Positions 32,757 through 43,690 of a stretch of 64,000 nt of DNA are shown here, one piece after another. How positions within the stretch are numbered: position 1 is the stretch's first letter; each line of letters starts with the position of its first letter. A model generated the notes under the pieces. That model was not told the origin of the DNA. It saw only the letters and a program-made list of their open reading frames with translations, and ran no database searches. The position numbers and the translations under genes were made by a program. This DNA is from an uncultured Actinomycetes bacterium (lineage in GTDB: Bacteria; Actinomycetota; Thermoleophilia; Solirubrobacterales; Thermoleophilaceae), in assembly GCA_963724205.1 (NCBI GenBank), contig CAVRTK010000004.1, positions 303,830-367,829 of the forward strand, written 5' to 3'.

Positions 32757-35094
32757 TCATGTGGTGGTCCTGGCCGCCGTGGCTCCGCTGTCGCCTGCCG
32801 CGCCCACGCCCGCCGGCTCGGTGATGTCGGTGAACAGGATGTCCTCCGGCTCCTCGAGCGTGACCCGCTTGACCGTGTGGCGTATGCCGACGAACGCGAT
32901 GTAGAGCACGGGCACCGCCCCGGCGCCGATGAAGATCATGTCGCCCGGCAGGCGCAGCCATTCGATCAGGGTGTTCGTGTCGTTGGTCAGGAACTCGAGC
33001 TCGACGCGCTTCCCAGTAGCCGTCGCCGACCGACTTGTAGAGCTGGAGGATGCCGAGCGGCAGGAGCGTGGCGAAGCACATCCACGCCAGCCCGAGGTTG
33101 GTCCCCCAGAACGCGATCCGGGCCCACTTCTCCGGCCATCTCTCGGCGGGGATCAGGTAGCGCAGGCAGAACATCGCGAGCCCGATCGCGAGCATGCCGT
33201 AGACGCCCATCATCGCGGCGTGGCCGTGGTTCGCCGTGAGCGCGGTGCCGATCTCGTAGTACGAGACGATCGGCAGGTTGATGAGGAAGCCGAAGATGCC
33301 GGCGCCGAGGAAGTTCCAGAACCCGACCGCGACGAGGAACATGACCGCCCAGCGGTGCGGGAACGGCGTCTTCGACCTGGACTCCTGCGCCGCGCCGAGC
33401 TGCAGGAACGACCACGCCTCGACGGTCAGGAACGTCAGCGGGATCACCTCGGCGGCCGAGAAGAACGCGCCGAGCGCCATGTGCTCGGCGGGCTCGCCGG
33501 AGAAGTACAGGTGGTGCATCGTGCCGATCACGCCGCCCGCCGAGTAGAGGAGGATGTCGAGGAACACGACGGTCAGGGCCACGCGCTCGCGGACGACTCC
33601 GAGCAGCACGAACATGTAGGCGACCATCACGGTCGTGAACAGCTCGAGGAAGTCCTCGACCCAGAGGTGGACGACCCAGAAGCGCCAGAACTCCGTGACC
33701 GTGAAGTGGTCGCCGGTGCGCGCGATCAGGCCCACGGCGTAGAAGGCCGGTATCGCCAGCGCGGCCAGGAAGAACAGCCACGGCATGTTGGTCGGGTGCT
33801 CGGCCTTGAGCCGGCCGCGCAGGACGCGGAACAGCATGAAGACCCAGACGAACAGGCCGATCGACAGCAGCACCTGCCAGATGCGCGCCAGGTCCAGGTA
33901 CTCGAAGCCCTGGAGGCCGAACCAGTTGGAGGCAGCGCCCTCCAGCACGCCGTGCACGCCGAGGAACGAGCCGATCAGCGTCCCGAACACGACGACGGCC
34001 AGCGCGCCGAGCAGCGCAAAGGCGAGCTTGCCCTGATGCTTCGGCTCGCGCCGCGCGATCATCGGCGCGAGGAAGATCCCGGCCGCGACGAACGCGGTGG
34101 CCACCCAGAACAACGCGAGCTGCACGTGCCAGGTGCGCATCAGGTTGTAGGGGAAGACCGCGGCCAGGTCGAAGCCGAAGAAGTCGGTGAGGTCGGCCCG
34201 GTAGTGCTGTGACGCCGCTCCGACCATCGTCTGGATCAGGAACAGCGCGGACATCGTGAAGAAGAACCAGGCGGTCGCCCGCTGGGCGGGGGTGAGCGCG
34301 ACGTCGCCGGGCTCGCGGAACGACAGCGTGGCCTGCTCGCGGCCGTGCCAGCCGAGGAAGTTCCAGCGTCCGAAGGCCCCGAACAGGAGGCCGATGCCGC
34401 CCAGCAGCGCGATCAGCGACAGGACCGACCAGACGACGACGTTGGCCGTCGGCTTGTTGTCGACGCGCGGCTCCGACGGCCAGTTGTTCGTGTACGAGTA
34501 GTCGTGGCCGGGACGCTCGGCGGCGGATGCCCAGGCGGTCCAGCCGAAGAACGCGGTGAGCTGCGCGAGCTCTCTGCGATCGGTGATCGCCTTCTTGCGC
34601 AGGCCGTTCTTGGTCGTGGGCTCGGCGAAGAAGCGCGAGTAGTAGGCCACCAGGCGGCGGTGGGCCGCGGCCTGCGGCGCCGTCAGCGTGAGCGTGCCGG
34701 TGCGCTCGTCGTAGCGGTTGGTGCGGAAGTCATCGATCGTCCGCCGCGCGGCGCTGTCCGACCGCGCGCCGCCGTACGAGCGCTTCACGAAGTCGGACGA
34801 CCGGCGGAGGTAGTCCGCGGTGAAGTCCGGGCCCAGGTAGGCGCCGTGACCGAAGGCGGAGCCGTACTCCATCAGCCCGTTGTGCAGGAACACCTGCTGG
34901 CCCTTCGAGACGTCGTTCTTCGTGTAGACGACCCGGCCCTGCTGGTCGACGACGCGGTCGGGGATCGGCGGCTTGGCGTCGTAGGTGCGGTACGCGAGCA
35001 GGCCGAGCACGAAGAACCCGAAGAGGACCACGAGCAGGACTGCCTGCACCCAACCCTTCGCGATCAACATCTGACGCCGGCCGGAGCTCTCCAC
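32757..35094 (-). CDS. norZ: nitric-oxide reductase, quinol-dependent large subunit (qNOR), one frameshift near the 3' end
   Basis: 779-aa heme-copper-oxidase-like body with an N-terminal periplasmic extension. Conserved His ligands (HLYFSGEP; ANHGHAAMMGVYGML). Real C-terminus MIFIGAGAVPVLYIAFVGIRHTVKR... in a second frame (ORF 32757–32939). Confidence 0.9.
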
Positions 35095-35144
35095 GAATTC
35101 CCTCCTCGGAAGACCGGAGGGACGGTTTTACACCACCTGGCCGA

Positions 35145-35954
35145 CTACGTCAGGCCTGCGTCGGCTCTTCCGAGCCCGACAGCTCGCGCACCGCGGCCTC
35201 GGGATCGGGCGCCCGCATCACGGTCTCGCCGATCAGGACGGCGTCGACGCCGACGCGCTCCAGCTCCTCGATCTGCGCGCGGTTCTGGATGCCGGACTCC
35301 GACACGACGGTCTTGCCGGCGGGGACGTCGGTCAGCAGCTCGTAGGTCGTCTCGAGCGAGACCGTGAAGTCGACCGAGGTCGCGGTTGTTGATCCCGACC
35401 ACGTCGCAGTCGATCTCGAGCGCGCACTCGAGCTCCTCCTCGTCGTGCACCTCGACGATCGCGTCCAGGTCGAGGTCGTCGGCGATCGCGTGCAGCTCGC
35501 CGAGGTCGCGGACCTTCAGCGACCCGACCACCAGCAGAACCGCGTCCGCGCCGTACGCCTTGGCCTCGTACAGCTGGTACGGGTCGATCGTGAAGTCCTT
35601 GCGCAGGATCGGCAGGTCGGTCGCCGCCCGCGCCTCGCGCAGGTCCTCGAGCGACCCGCCGAAGTGGCGCTCCTCGGTGAGGATCGACAGCGCCGCCGCG
35701 CCGCCGCGGTCGTAGGCCCGGACCACGTCGGCCACGCTCGCGTCCGGCCGGATGTCGCCCGCGGAGGGGGAGCGCCGCTTGTACTCGGCGATCACCGACG
35801 TCCACGGCCGGGACAGGGCCTCCGAGAACGGCCTGCCCTCGAGCGTCATGCGCTGCTCGATCGCGCGCTCGAGCTCGGCGAGCGGGCGCTCGCGCTTGAC
35901 GCGGTCCAGCCGGTCGCGCGTCGAGTCGATCAGGTCGTCGAGCCGTATCGCCAT
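35145..35954 (-). CDS. trpC: indole-3-glycerol-phosphate synthase, C-terminal frameshift about 35390
   Basis: RPFSEAL...VIAEYKRRSPSAGDI; ALSILTEERHFGGSLEDL; LPILRKDFTIDPYQLYEA; VGINNRDL. Confidence 0.85.
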   Translation of the reverse strand: MAIRLDDLIDSTRDRLDRVKRERPLAELERAIEQRMTLEGRPFSEALSRPWTSVIAEYKRRSPSAGDIRPDASVADVVRAYDRGGAAALSILTEERHFGGSLEDLREARAATDLPILRKDFTIDPYQLYEAKAYGADAVLLVVGSLKVRDLGELHAIADDLDLDAIVEVHDEEELECALEIDCDVVGINNRDLGRLHGLARDDLRAADRRPRRQDRRVGVRHPEPRADRGAGARRRRRRPDRRDRDAGARSRGRGARAVGLGRADAGLT

Positions 35955-35957
35955 CGC

Positions 35958-36989
35958 TCAGACCGCCGCCAGCTTGTTCGTGCGCTCCACGTACCGCTCC
36001 ATCGCGTCGGACGCCGCCCCCGAGTCGATCGCCTCGCGGGCGGCGGTCACGCCGCCGGCCAGCGAGTCGGCGGCACCGCCCACGTAGATCGCCGCGCCGG
36101 CGTTCGCCAGCGTCAGCTCGCGCTCCGGGCAGGTCTCGCCGGACAGCACGGAGCGGGCGATGCGCGCGTTCTCTTCGGGCACGCCGAAGCGAATGGCGTC
36201 CGCGGGCACTCGTTCGACCCCCAGCTCCTCGGGCGTCACTGCGTAGCTGTCGATCTCCCCATCCCTCAGCTCGACACAGCGGGTCTCGTCCGAGACGCTG
36301 ATCTCGTCGAGCCCATCGACGCTGGAAACTACCAACGCGCGCCGACCCCCCAACTCGCCGAGCGCCGCCGCGATGGTCTCCAGGAAGCTGGGCTCGGAGA
36401 CGCCGATCACCTGCCGCTCGGCTCCTGCCGGGTTGGTCAGCGGGCCGAGGAAGTTGAAGATCGTGCGCACCGCGAGCTCCTTGCGCACCGGCACGACGTG
36501 GCGCATCGCCATGTGGTGGTGCGGCGCGAACATGAACCCGAAGCCGACCGAGCGGATGCAGTCGGCGACGGCGTCCGGCTCCAGGTCGATCTGAGCTCCC
36601 AGTGCCTCGAGCAGGTCGGCGGACCCGGACTTGCCGGTGGCCGAGCGGTTGCCGTGCTTGGCGACCGTGCAGCCCGCGCCGGCCGCCACGAAGGCGGCGG
36701 TGGTCGACACGTTGAACGTGGGCCGTCCGCCGCCCGTGCCGGCGGTGTCGAGCAGCGCGGCGCGATCGCCGACGTCGACCGACCGGGCGAGCGACCGCAT
36801 GGTCTGGGCCAGCCCCACGATCTCGTCGACGGTCTCGCCCTTCGTGCGCAGCGCGATCAGGAACGCGGCCGCCTGCGCCTCCGACGTGCGCCCCTCCATG
36901 ACCTCGCGCAGCACCGCGGCGGCCTCCTCGCGCGCGAGCGCCTGGCCGGAGGCGAGCCGGTCGATCGCCTGGGTGAGGGTGTCGTTGGG

Positions 36990-36992
<3 letters not shown>
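35958..36992 (-). CDS. trpD: anthranilate phosphoribosyltransferase
   Basis: Intact 344-aa ORF. LDTAGTGGGRPTFNVSTTAAFVAAGAG...KHGNRSATGKSGSADLLEALG. Confidence 0.9.
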
Positions 36993-37560
<568 letters not shown>

Positions 37561-37564
<4 letters not shown>

Positions 37565-39062
37565 GCCCACTCCCGCTGCCTGCAGGCCAGCTCGATGGCG
37601 GCCATCACGGCCCCGGCCTTCGCCTCGGTCTCGCGCACCTCGTAGTCGGGCTCCGAGTCGACGACGATCCCGCCCCCCGCCTGAAGGTGCACGCGCCCGT
37701 CCTTGACGACCGCGGAGCGGATGTAGATGCACGAGTCGAGGTCGCCGGAGTAGGACAGCCAGCCGATCGCCCCTCCGTAGGGGCCGCGGGACACGGGCTC
37801 GAGCTCGTCGATGATCTGCATCGCGCGGACCTTCGGCGCGCCGGACAGCGTCCCTGCCGGGAGCGACGCGCGCATGGCGTCCATCGACGTCACGCCGTCG
37901 CGCAGCGTGCCGGACACCGACGAGACGATGTGCATGACGTGCGAGTAGGTCTCGACGACCATCAGCTCGTCGACCTGGACGCTGCCGTACTCGCACACCC
38001 GGCCCAGGTCGTTGCGGCCCAGGTCGACCAGCATCACGTGCTCGGCGCGCTCCTTGTCGTCGGCCAAGCAGCGACTCGGCGACGCGCATGTCCTCCTCGA
38101 CGGTCGCCGCCCGCGGGCGGGTGCCGGCGATCGGCCGCTGGGCGGCCCGCCGGCCGGTGACGGTGCACCAGCGACTCGGGCGACGCGCCCGCTATCTCGA
38201 AGTCCTCGAAGTCGAGGAAGTACATGTAGGGCGACGGGTTGACGTTGCGCAGGCCGCGGTAGATCGAGAACGCCTCGACGGGCGTCTCCGCCGACCAGCG
38301 CTGGCTCGGCACGACCTGGTAGGCGTCGCCCGCGCGGATGTACTCCTTGACCCGGTCGACCGCCGCGGCGTAGCCGTCGCTTCCGATGTTCGACTCGAAC
38401 GCGGGCATGTCGCGCACGCCCGCCTGCGCCCGGGGCAGCGGCCCGGCCAGCCGGTCGCGGACGTCGGCGATGGCGACCACCGCGTGCGCGTACGCGGTCT
38501 CCACGTCGGAGTCCGGGCCGGTGAAGACGTTGGCCAGGATCGTGGTCTCGTGCTTGAAGTGGTCGAACGCCACGATGATGTCGGAGACCATCAGCGCCAT
38601 GTCGGGGACGCCGACCGGGTCAGGGTTCGGGTCGCCGACCGTGGGCTCGGCGTAGCGCACCAGGTCGTAGCCGAACAGGCCGACCGCGCCGCCCGAGAAC
38701 GGCGGCAGGTCGGGCAGCGGAGCGGGCTTGTAGCGCTCCAGCTCGGCCGCGACCGCCGCGTAGGGGTCGTCGAACGGCCGCGTCTCCCCGCCCACGGTCA
38801 GCACGCCGTGCTCCAGCCGCATCGTGGTCCGCGGCTGGACGCCCAGGAACGACCAGCGCCCGACGCGCTGCCCCTGCTCGGCCGACTCCAGCAGGAACGA
38901 CGGGCCGTCCCCGCGCAGCTTGAGGTAGGCGGACACCGGGGTCTCGACGTCGTCGATGAACGTGTGCCGCAGCGGGACGACCGTGTGGTCGCGCGCGAGA
39001 GCGCGGACCTCGTCGAGGCTGGGGCCTACCTGGAGGTCGGCCGTGTCGGCGCTCGGGATCAC
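37561..39062 (-). CDS. trpE: anthranilate synthase component I, frameshift about 38080–38160
   Basis: N-terminal 340 aa and C-terminal 168 aa ([20 protein letters not shown]...[20 protein letters not shown]...[22 protein letters not shown]) are in different frames. Confidence 0.85.
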
Positions 39063-39102
39063 GCGGCGATTCTAGGTCGATCGTGAGCCACCGGCCGATA
39101 TC

Positions 39103-39822
39103 GTGCAGCGCGGCTTGGCGCGCGCGGGATCACTGACGGAACGGTTGCGCCCCCGGGCCGTGCGCGCCGCGCTGGCGCTCTGGGAGCGGACCGGCCGCCG
39201 GCCCGTCGCCCGCCTGTACCAGCACGACCTGATCGCAAAGACCGGCAACTTCGCCACCACCTCGTGGCTGGGGACGCCGATCTGGCAGAACGTCCTGGAC
39301 CTGTGGACGATCCAGGAGACGATTGCCGAGCTGCGTCCGGGCCTGCTGATCGAGACTGGCACCAACCGCGGCGGATCCGCCCTGTTCTACGCGCACCTGA
39401 TGGACCTGCTCGGGCACGGCCAGGTGCTGACGATCGACATCGAGAGGCTGCACTCGTTGAACCACCCGCGGGTCGAGTTCGTGCTCGGCGACTCCGCCTC
39501 CGAGGCGGTCGCGGCCAGGGCGCGCGAGGCGGCCGCGTCCGCCGACGGGCCCGTGATGGTGATCCTCGACGGCGACCACTCGCGCGAGCACGTGGCGCGC
39601 GAGCTCGAGCTGTACGCGCCGCTCGTGACGACCGGGAGCCTCCTGCTCTCACAGGACGGGATCATCGACGAGTCACCGTTCTTCCGCGACACGCGGCCGG
39701 GGCCGCTCCAGGCGAACCGCGACTTCCTGGCCCGCCACCCCGACTGGGAGCACGACCGTGAGCGCAACGAGCGCTTCCTGCTGACCCAACACCCGGTGGG
39801 CTGGCTGCGGCGGCTTCGCTGA
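39103..39822 (+). CDS. CmcI ('cephalosporin hydroxylase') family class I SAM-dependent methyltransferase, sugar O-methyltransferase-like
   Basis: Intact ORF. WLGTPIWQNVLDLWTIQETIAELRPGLLIETGTNRGGSALFYAHLM...VLTIDIE, then VMVILDGDHSREHV, is the CmcI-family signature. Confidence 0.8.
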   Translation: MQRGLARAGSLTERLRPRAVRAALALWERTGRRPVARLYQHDLIAKTGNFATTSWLGTPIWQNVLDLWTIQETIAELRPGLLIETGTNRGGSALFYAHLMDLLGHGQVLTIDIERLHSLNHPRVEFVLGDSASEAVAARAREAAASADGPVMVILDGDHSREHVARELELYAPLVTTGSLLLSQDGIIDESPFFRDTRPGPLQANRDFLARHPDWEHDRERNERFLLTQHPVGWLRRLR

Positions 39823-39844
39823 ACGGTGGGATGATCGCGTCGTC

Positions 39845-40597
39845 ATGAAGGGAGCCTTTCGCCGCATCCTCGGCCGCGGGAGCGCACCCGCGCCGAACCC
39901 GGACGCCGCGACGGTCGATCCACGCGACCGCGCGATCGTCGAGCGCGTGCAGCCGTACACGATGACCGGCGAGGCTCGCATCCTCGCGCTGATCGACGCC
40001 GTCCGGTACGTGGTCGCGCGCGACCTGCCCGGAAGCTTCGCCGAGTGCGGTGTCTGGCGGGGAGGCTCGCTGCTGACGATGATCGCGACGCTCCAGGAGA
40101 TCGGCGTGGACGACCGCGACATCCACGGGTACGACACGTTCGAGGGCATGACCGAGCCAACCGAGAAGGACACGTCGGCGCTCGAGAAGCCCGCGCTCGA
40201 GACTTGGTCTGCGGCCCAGGCGGCCGGCGAGCGCGCCTGGCCCTACCTGTTCGGCGCCAACGTCTTCGACGAGGAGGCCGTGCGCGCGACGTTGCTGGAG
40301 ACCGGCTACCCGGCCGAGCGGATTCACCTCCACCGCGGGCCGGTCGAGGAGACGATTCCCTCCCGGTCGCCGGGCCCGCTCGCGCTCCTGCGCCTGGACA
40401 CCGACTGGTACGAGTCGACTCGCCACGAGCTCGATCACCTGTACCCGTTGCTGGCTCCGGGCGGCGTGCTGATCGTGGACGACTACGGGCACTGGGAGGG
40501 CGCACGCCGTGCCGTCGACGAGTACATGGCCGAGCAGGGGTCGCCCCTGCTGCTCAACAGAATCGACTACACGGGCCGGGTCGCGGTCAAGCCCTGA
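39845..40597 (+). CDS. TylF/MycF (macrocin O-methyltransferase) family sugar O-methyltransferase
   Basis: Intact ORF. VARDLPGSFAECGVWRGGSLLTMIATL...LALLRLDTDWYESTRHELDHLYPLLAPGGVLIVDDYGHWEGARRAVDEY is the TylF-family metal-dependent O-methyltransferase signature. Confidence 0.85.
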   Translation: MKGAFRRILGRGSAPAPNPDAATVDPRDRAIVERVQPYTMTGEARILALIDAVRYVVARDLPGSFAECGVWRGGSLLTMIATLQEIGVDDRDIHGYDTFEGMTEPTEKDTSALEKPALETWSAAQAAGERAWPYLFGANVFDEEAVRATLLETGYPAERIHLHRGPVEETIPSRSPGPLALLRLDTDWYESTRHELDHLYPLLAPGGVLIVDDYGHWEGARRAVDEYMAEQGSPLLLNRIDYTGRVAVKP

Positions 40598-41462
40598 GCA
40601 GGCGCCGGAGCAGCCCCGGCCGCGGCGGGTCGTCCTCGAGCTCGACGTCGGGCCAGGGCGTCGCGCGGCGGTGTTCGAGGTAGAGCTCGCGGCCCTCGGG
40701 GTCACCGCGGCGATGCCAGGGCTTGTTGGCGGCCGGCCCCTCGAAGTGGCGGATGCCCGGGCGCTCCCGCGCCTCGGCGACCTGCTCGGCACCGAACACG
40801 TCCTTCGCCGACTCCCATTGCATCACCGAGTTCATGCAGTTCCAGCGCGGGTGCAACGGCGTCCGCCGCTCCCCGAGAACCACGTTCAAGGCGTCCTGGT
40901 CGAGCCAGCCGAGCAGGTCGGCGTTCGCCGTCGAGTAGTCGATCAGCCGGCGCGTGCAGCCGTCGCGCCGCCAGGCCGCGAGGTTCATCAGCAACACGCC
41001 CGCGTTGAAATAGACCTCGGGACCGCTCAGTCCGAGCTCGAGGTGCCGCTCCATGTCGTTGTGCTGCATGACGTTGGTGACGGCGGCCAGCCAGTGGTCG
41101 CCGAGCTCGGTCTCCCACAGCGGCACCAGCGAGTCCATCGCGAGCGTGTCGACGTCCAGGTACAGGATGCGCGCGTCGCTCCCCAGCAGCTCGGGCAGGA
41201 AGATCCGGTACCACGAGGCCTGCGTCAACAGCGTGTTGGTCGGCAGTCCCGCGATACGCGAGTCGGGGATCGCGTGGAACTCGATATGCGGCACGACCTG
41301 CGCCAGACGGTCGCGCCAGGCGGCCTCGAACCCGGGCCCGTGGAGATAGTGCACGCGGACGTCCATGCCGCCGGCGTTGGCCAGGACCGAGCGCAGCATC
41401 GCCGCGCTGTGTGCGGCGTAGCGCTCGCCCTCGGCGGCGCACGCCACGAGGAGCTCGCTCAC
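40587..41462 (-). CDS. glycosyltransferase family 8 (LgtC/GSPA-like retaining glycosyltransferase)
   Basis: VHYLH...HIEFHAIP...ASWYRIFLPELL...RILYLDVDTLAMDSLVPLW...YFNAGVLLMNLAAWR (DxD motif in LDVDTL). The likely GTG start at 41462 overlaps the stop of the upstream methyltransferase (GTGA). The ORF track extends to 41600. Confidence 0.8.
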   Translation of the reverse strand: MSELLVACAAEGERYAAHSAAMLRSVLANAGGMDVRVHYLHGPGFEAAWRDRLAQVVPHIEFHAIPDSRIAGLPTNTLLTQASWYRIFLPELLGSDARILYLDVDTLAMDSLVPLWETELGDHWLAAVTNVMQHNDMERHLELGLSGPEVYFNAGVLLMNLAAWRRDGCTRRLIDYSTANADLLGWLDQDALNVVLGERRTPLHPRWNCMNSVMQWESAKDVFGAEQVAEARERPGIRHFEGPAANKPWHRRGDPEGRELYLEHRRATPWPDVELEDDPPRPGLLRRLLRA

Positions 41463-42181
41463 TCCGGCCGCTCCGCTATCACTCCGAAGATCAGCGCGTT
41501 CAGCCGCCGCGACTCGCGGCTCGTCAAGCGGTCGGCCAGGACGATCAGCAACTGCATGACATAGCCGACCGGCCGGTGCGCACCGGGGGGCAGCTTCCAC
41601 AGCACGGCGTCCTGGACGAGCTGAAGCCCCGTCGCCCCGAGGCCGATGACCCCCTCGAAGCGCCGCACCTCGAAGCCGGCGTCCTCGACCGCTCGGCGGA
41701 GTCCCTGGCAGGTCCAGCGCCAGTAGTCGACGGGATCGGGGTGCCAGACGAACATCCCGTGCGTCGTCAGCAGGAGGCGGCCGCCGGGCCGCAGGACGCG
41801 AAAGGACTCGCGCAGGTAGGTCTCGGGGTCGCCGACGTGTTCCAGGACCTGCGTCGAGATGACCACGTCGCAGCTTGCGTCGGCGACCGGCACCGTCCCG
41901 TCGGGAGCGATATGCACGTTCGCGTCGTCGTTGCCCGGCAGGTCCGCAGCCAGGTAGTCCGCGTCGGCCGGGAAGAGGTGCCGGTAGGGAAGCTCCGCAC
42001 AGCCGTAGTCGAGGACCCGGCGGGGGTGCGGCAGATCACGAGCGAGGATCTCGATGGCCGCCGGCAGCACTCGGGCGAGGTACGCGAGCCGATGCCAGCG
42101 TGGGACTGTGCGGACGTTCGGCCGGTCCGCGGCAAACGTGGGCACGGGCGGGATCGTACGAGGTCGCGCGCGGGCCCGCAT
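41461..42181 (-). CDS. class I SAM-dependent methyltransferase (Methyltransf_11-like)
   Basis: VLDYGCAELPYRHL...DVVISTQVLEHVGDPETYLRESFRVLRPGGRLLLTT. The true start is probably internal; the 42181 start would sit 15 bp from the divergent flippase start. Confidence 0.8.
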
Positions 42182-42195
42182 GCCACCCTTCGCAC

Positions 42196-43665
42196 ATGGA
42201 GGCGAGCGAGAGCCTGCGCGTCCGTGCCGCTCGCGGCACGATGGTCAACGCGGCGTTCGAGGTCGGGCTCCAGGCGCTGAGCCTGCTCAAGGGCTTCGTC
42301 ATCGCTGCGTTCCTCACCCGCACCGAGTTCGGGCTCTGGGGGATCCTCGTCGTCACGATCGGGATGCTGGCCTGGCTGAAGGAGGTGGGGATCAGCGAGA
42401 AGTTCGTCCAGCAGGACGAGCCGGACCAGGAGGTCGCGTTCCAGAAGGCGTTCACGTTCGACATGGCCACGAACCTCGCGCTGATGGCGCTGATGCTCGT
42501 CCTGCTGCCGCTGTTCGCGTTGCTCTACGACCAGTGGGATCTGATCGCACCCGGCCTCGTGATCATCGCCACGCTGCCCGCCTACTCCCTGCGCGCCCCC
42601 GCCTGGATCTACTACCGCGACATGCGCTATGCCCGCCAGCGCCTGCTCGAGGCGGCCGACCCGGTGGTCGCGTTCGCGGTGTCGGTCGCATGCGCGATCG
42701 CCGGCCTCGGCTACTGGAGCCTGGTGGTCGGTGTGTTCTGTGGGGCCTGGGCGGCGGCCCTGGTCGCGGTCGCGGCATCGCCCCACCCGATCCGGTGGCG
42801 CTGGCACCGGGCGTCGGCGCGCGAATACTTCTCGTTCTCCTGGCCGCTCTTCGTGGCGAGCGTGTCCGGGCTCATGATCCCGCAGCTCTCGGCGCTGTTC
42901 GGCAACGCGATCGTGGGTCTGGCCGGCGTGGGCGCGATCGCGCTGGCGGCCACGATCTCCAACTACACCGACCGGGTCGACCAGGTCATCACCTGGACGA
43001 TCTACCCCGCGATCTGCCGCGTCAGCGACCGGGTGGACCTGATGTTCGAGGCGTTCGTCAAGACCAACCGTCTGACCCTGATGTGGGGCCTGCCGTTCGG
43101 GATCGGCGTGGCGCTCTTCGCGGACGACCTGGTCGACTACGTGATCGGCGCCGAGTGGGAGCCTGCCGTCGGGATCATCCAGGCTTTCGGGCTCATCGCC
43201 GCGCTCAACCACATCGGCTTCAACTGGGCGGCGTTCTACCGGGCGCGGGGCGACACCCGGCCGCTGGCCGTGTCGGCGCCGATCGTGCTCGCCGCGTTCG
43301 CCGCGTTCGCGCTGCCCGGCATGATCGCCTGGGGCCTCGACGGCTTCGCGGCGGGCCTGGCGCTGATGGCACTCACCTCGCTGGTCGTCCGCACCGTCTA
43401 CCTGCGCCGGCTGTTCCGCGGCTTCCGGATGCTCCCCCACGCCGTGCGCTCGATCGCGCCGACGGTGCCTGCCGTCGCCGCCGTGCTGATCGTCCGCCTG
43501 TTGGTCGACCAGCGCACGGCGGGCATCGCGGCCGCCGAGCTGGTCCTGTACCTGGCCCTCACGGCGGCTGCGACGCTGTGGCTCGAGCGCGCGTTGCTGC
43601 GCGAGGCGATCGGCTACCTGGCCGGACGCGGCGCCCCGGCGGATGCCGTCGCGGCCCGCGCCTGA
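42196..43665 (+). CDS. Wzx-like oligosaccharide flippase / polysaccharide biosynthesis protein (MOP superfamily)
   Basis: Intact protein of about 490 aa with 12–14 hydrophobic helices, starting MEASESLRVRAARGTMVNAAFEVGLQALSLLKGFVIAAFLTRTEFGLWGILVV..., the typical PST-family N-terminus. Confidence 0.8.
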   Translation: MEASESLRVRAARGTMVNAAFEVGLQALSLLKGFVIAAFLTRTEFGLWGILVVTIGMLAWLKEVGISEKFVQQDEPDQEVAFQKAFTFDMATNLALMALMLVLLPLFALLYDQWDLIAPGLVIIATLPAYSLRAPAWIYYRDMRYARQRLLEAADPVVAFAVSVACAIAGLGYWSLVVGVFCGAWAAALVAVAASPHPIRWRWHRASAREYFSFSWPLFVASVSGLMIPQLSALFGNAIVGLAGVGAIALAATISNYTDRVDQVITWTIYPAICRVSDRVDLMFEAFVKTNRLTLMWGLPFGIGVALFADDLVDYVIGAEWEPAVGIIQAFGLIAALNHIGFNWAAFYRARGDTRPLAVSAPIVLAAFAAFALPGMIAWGLDGFAAGLALMALTSLVVRTVYLRRLFRGFRMLPHAVRSIAPTVPAVAAVLIVRLLVDQRTAGIAAAELVLYLALTAAATLWLERALLREAIGYLAGRGAPADAVAARA

Positions 43666-43690
43666 GGCCCCCGCACTACGCTGCCCCGGG

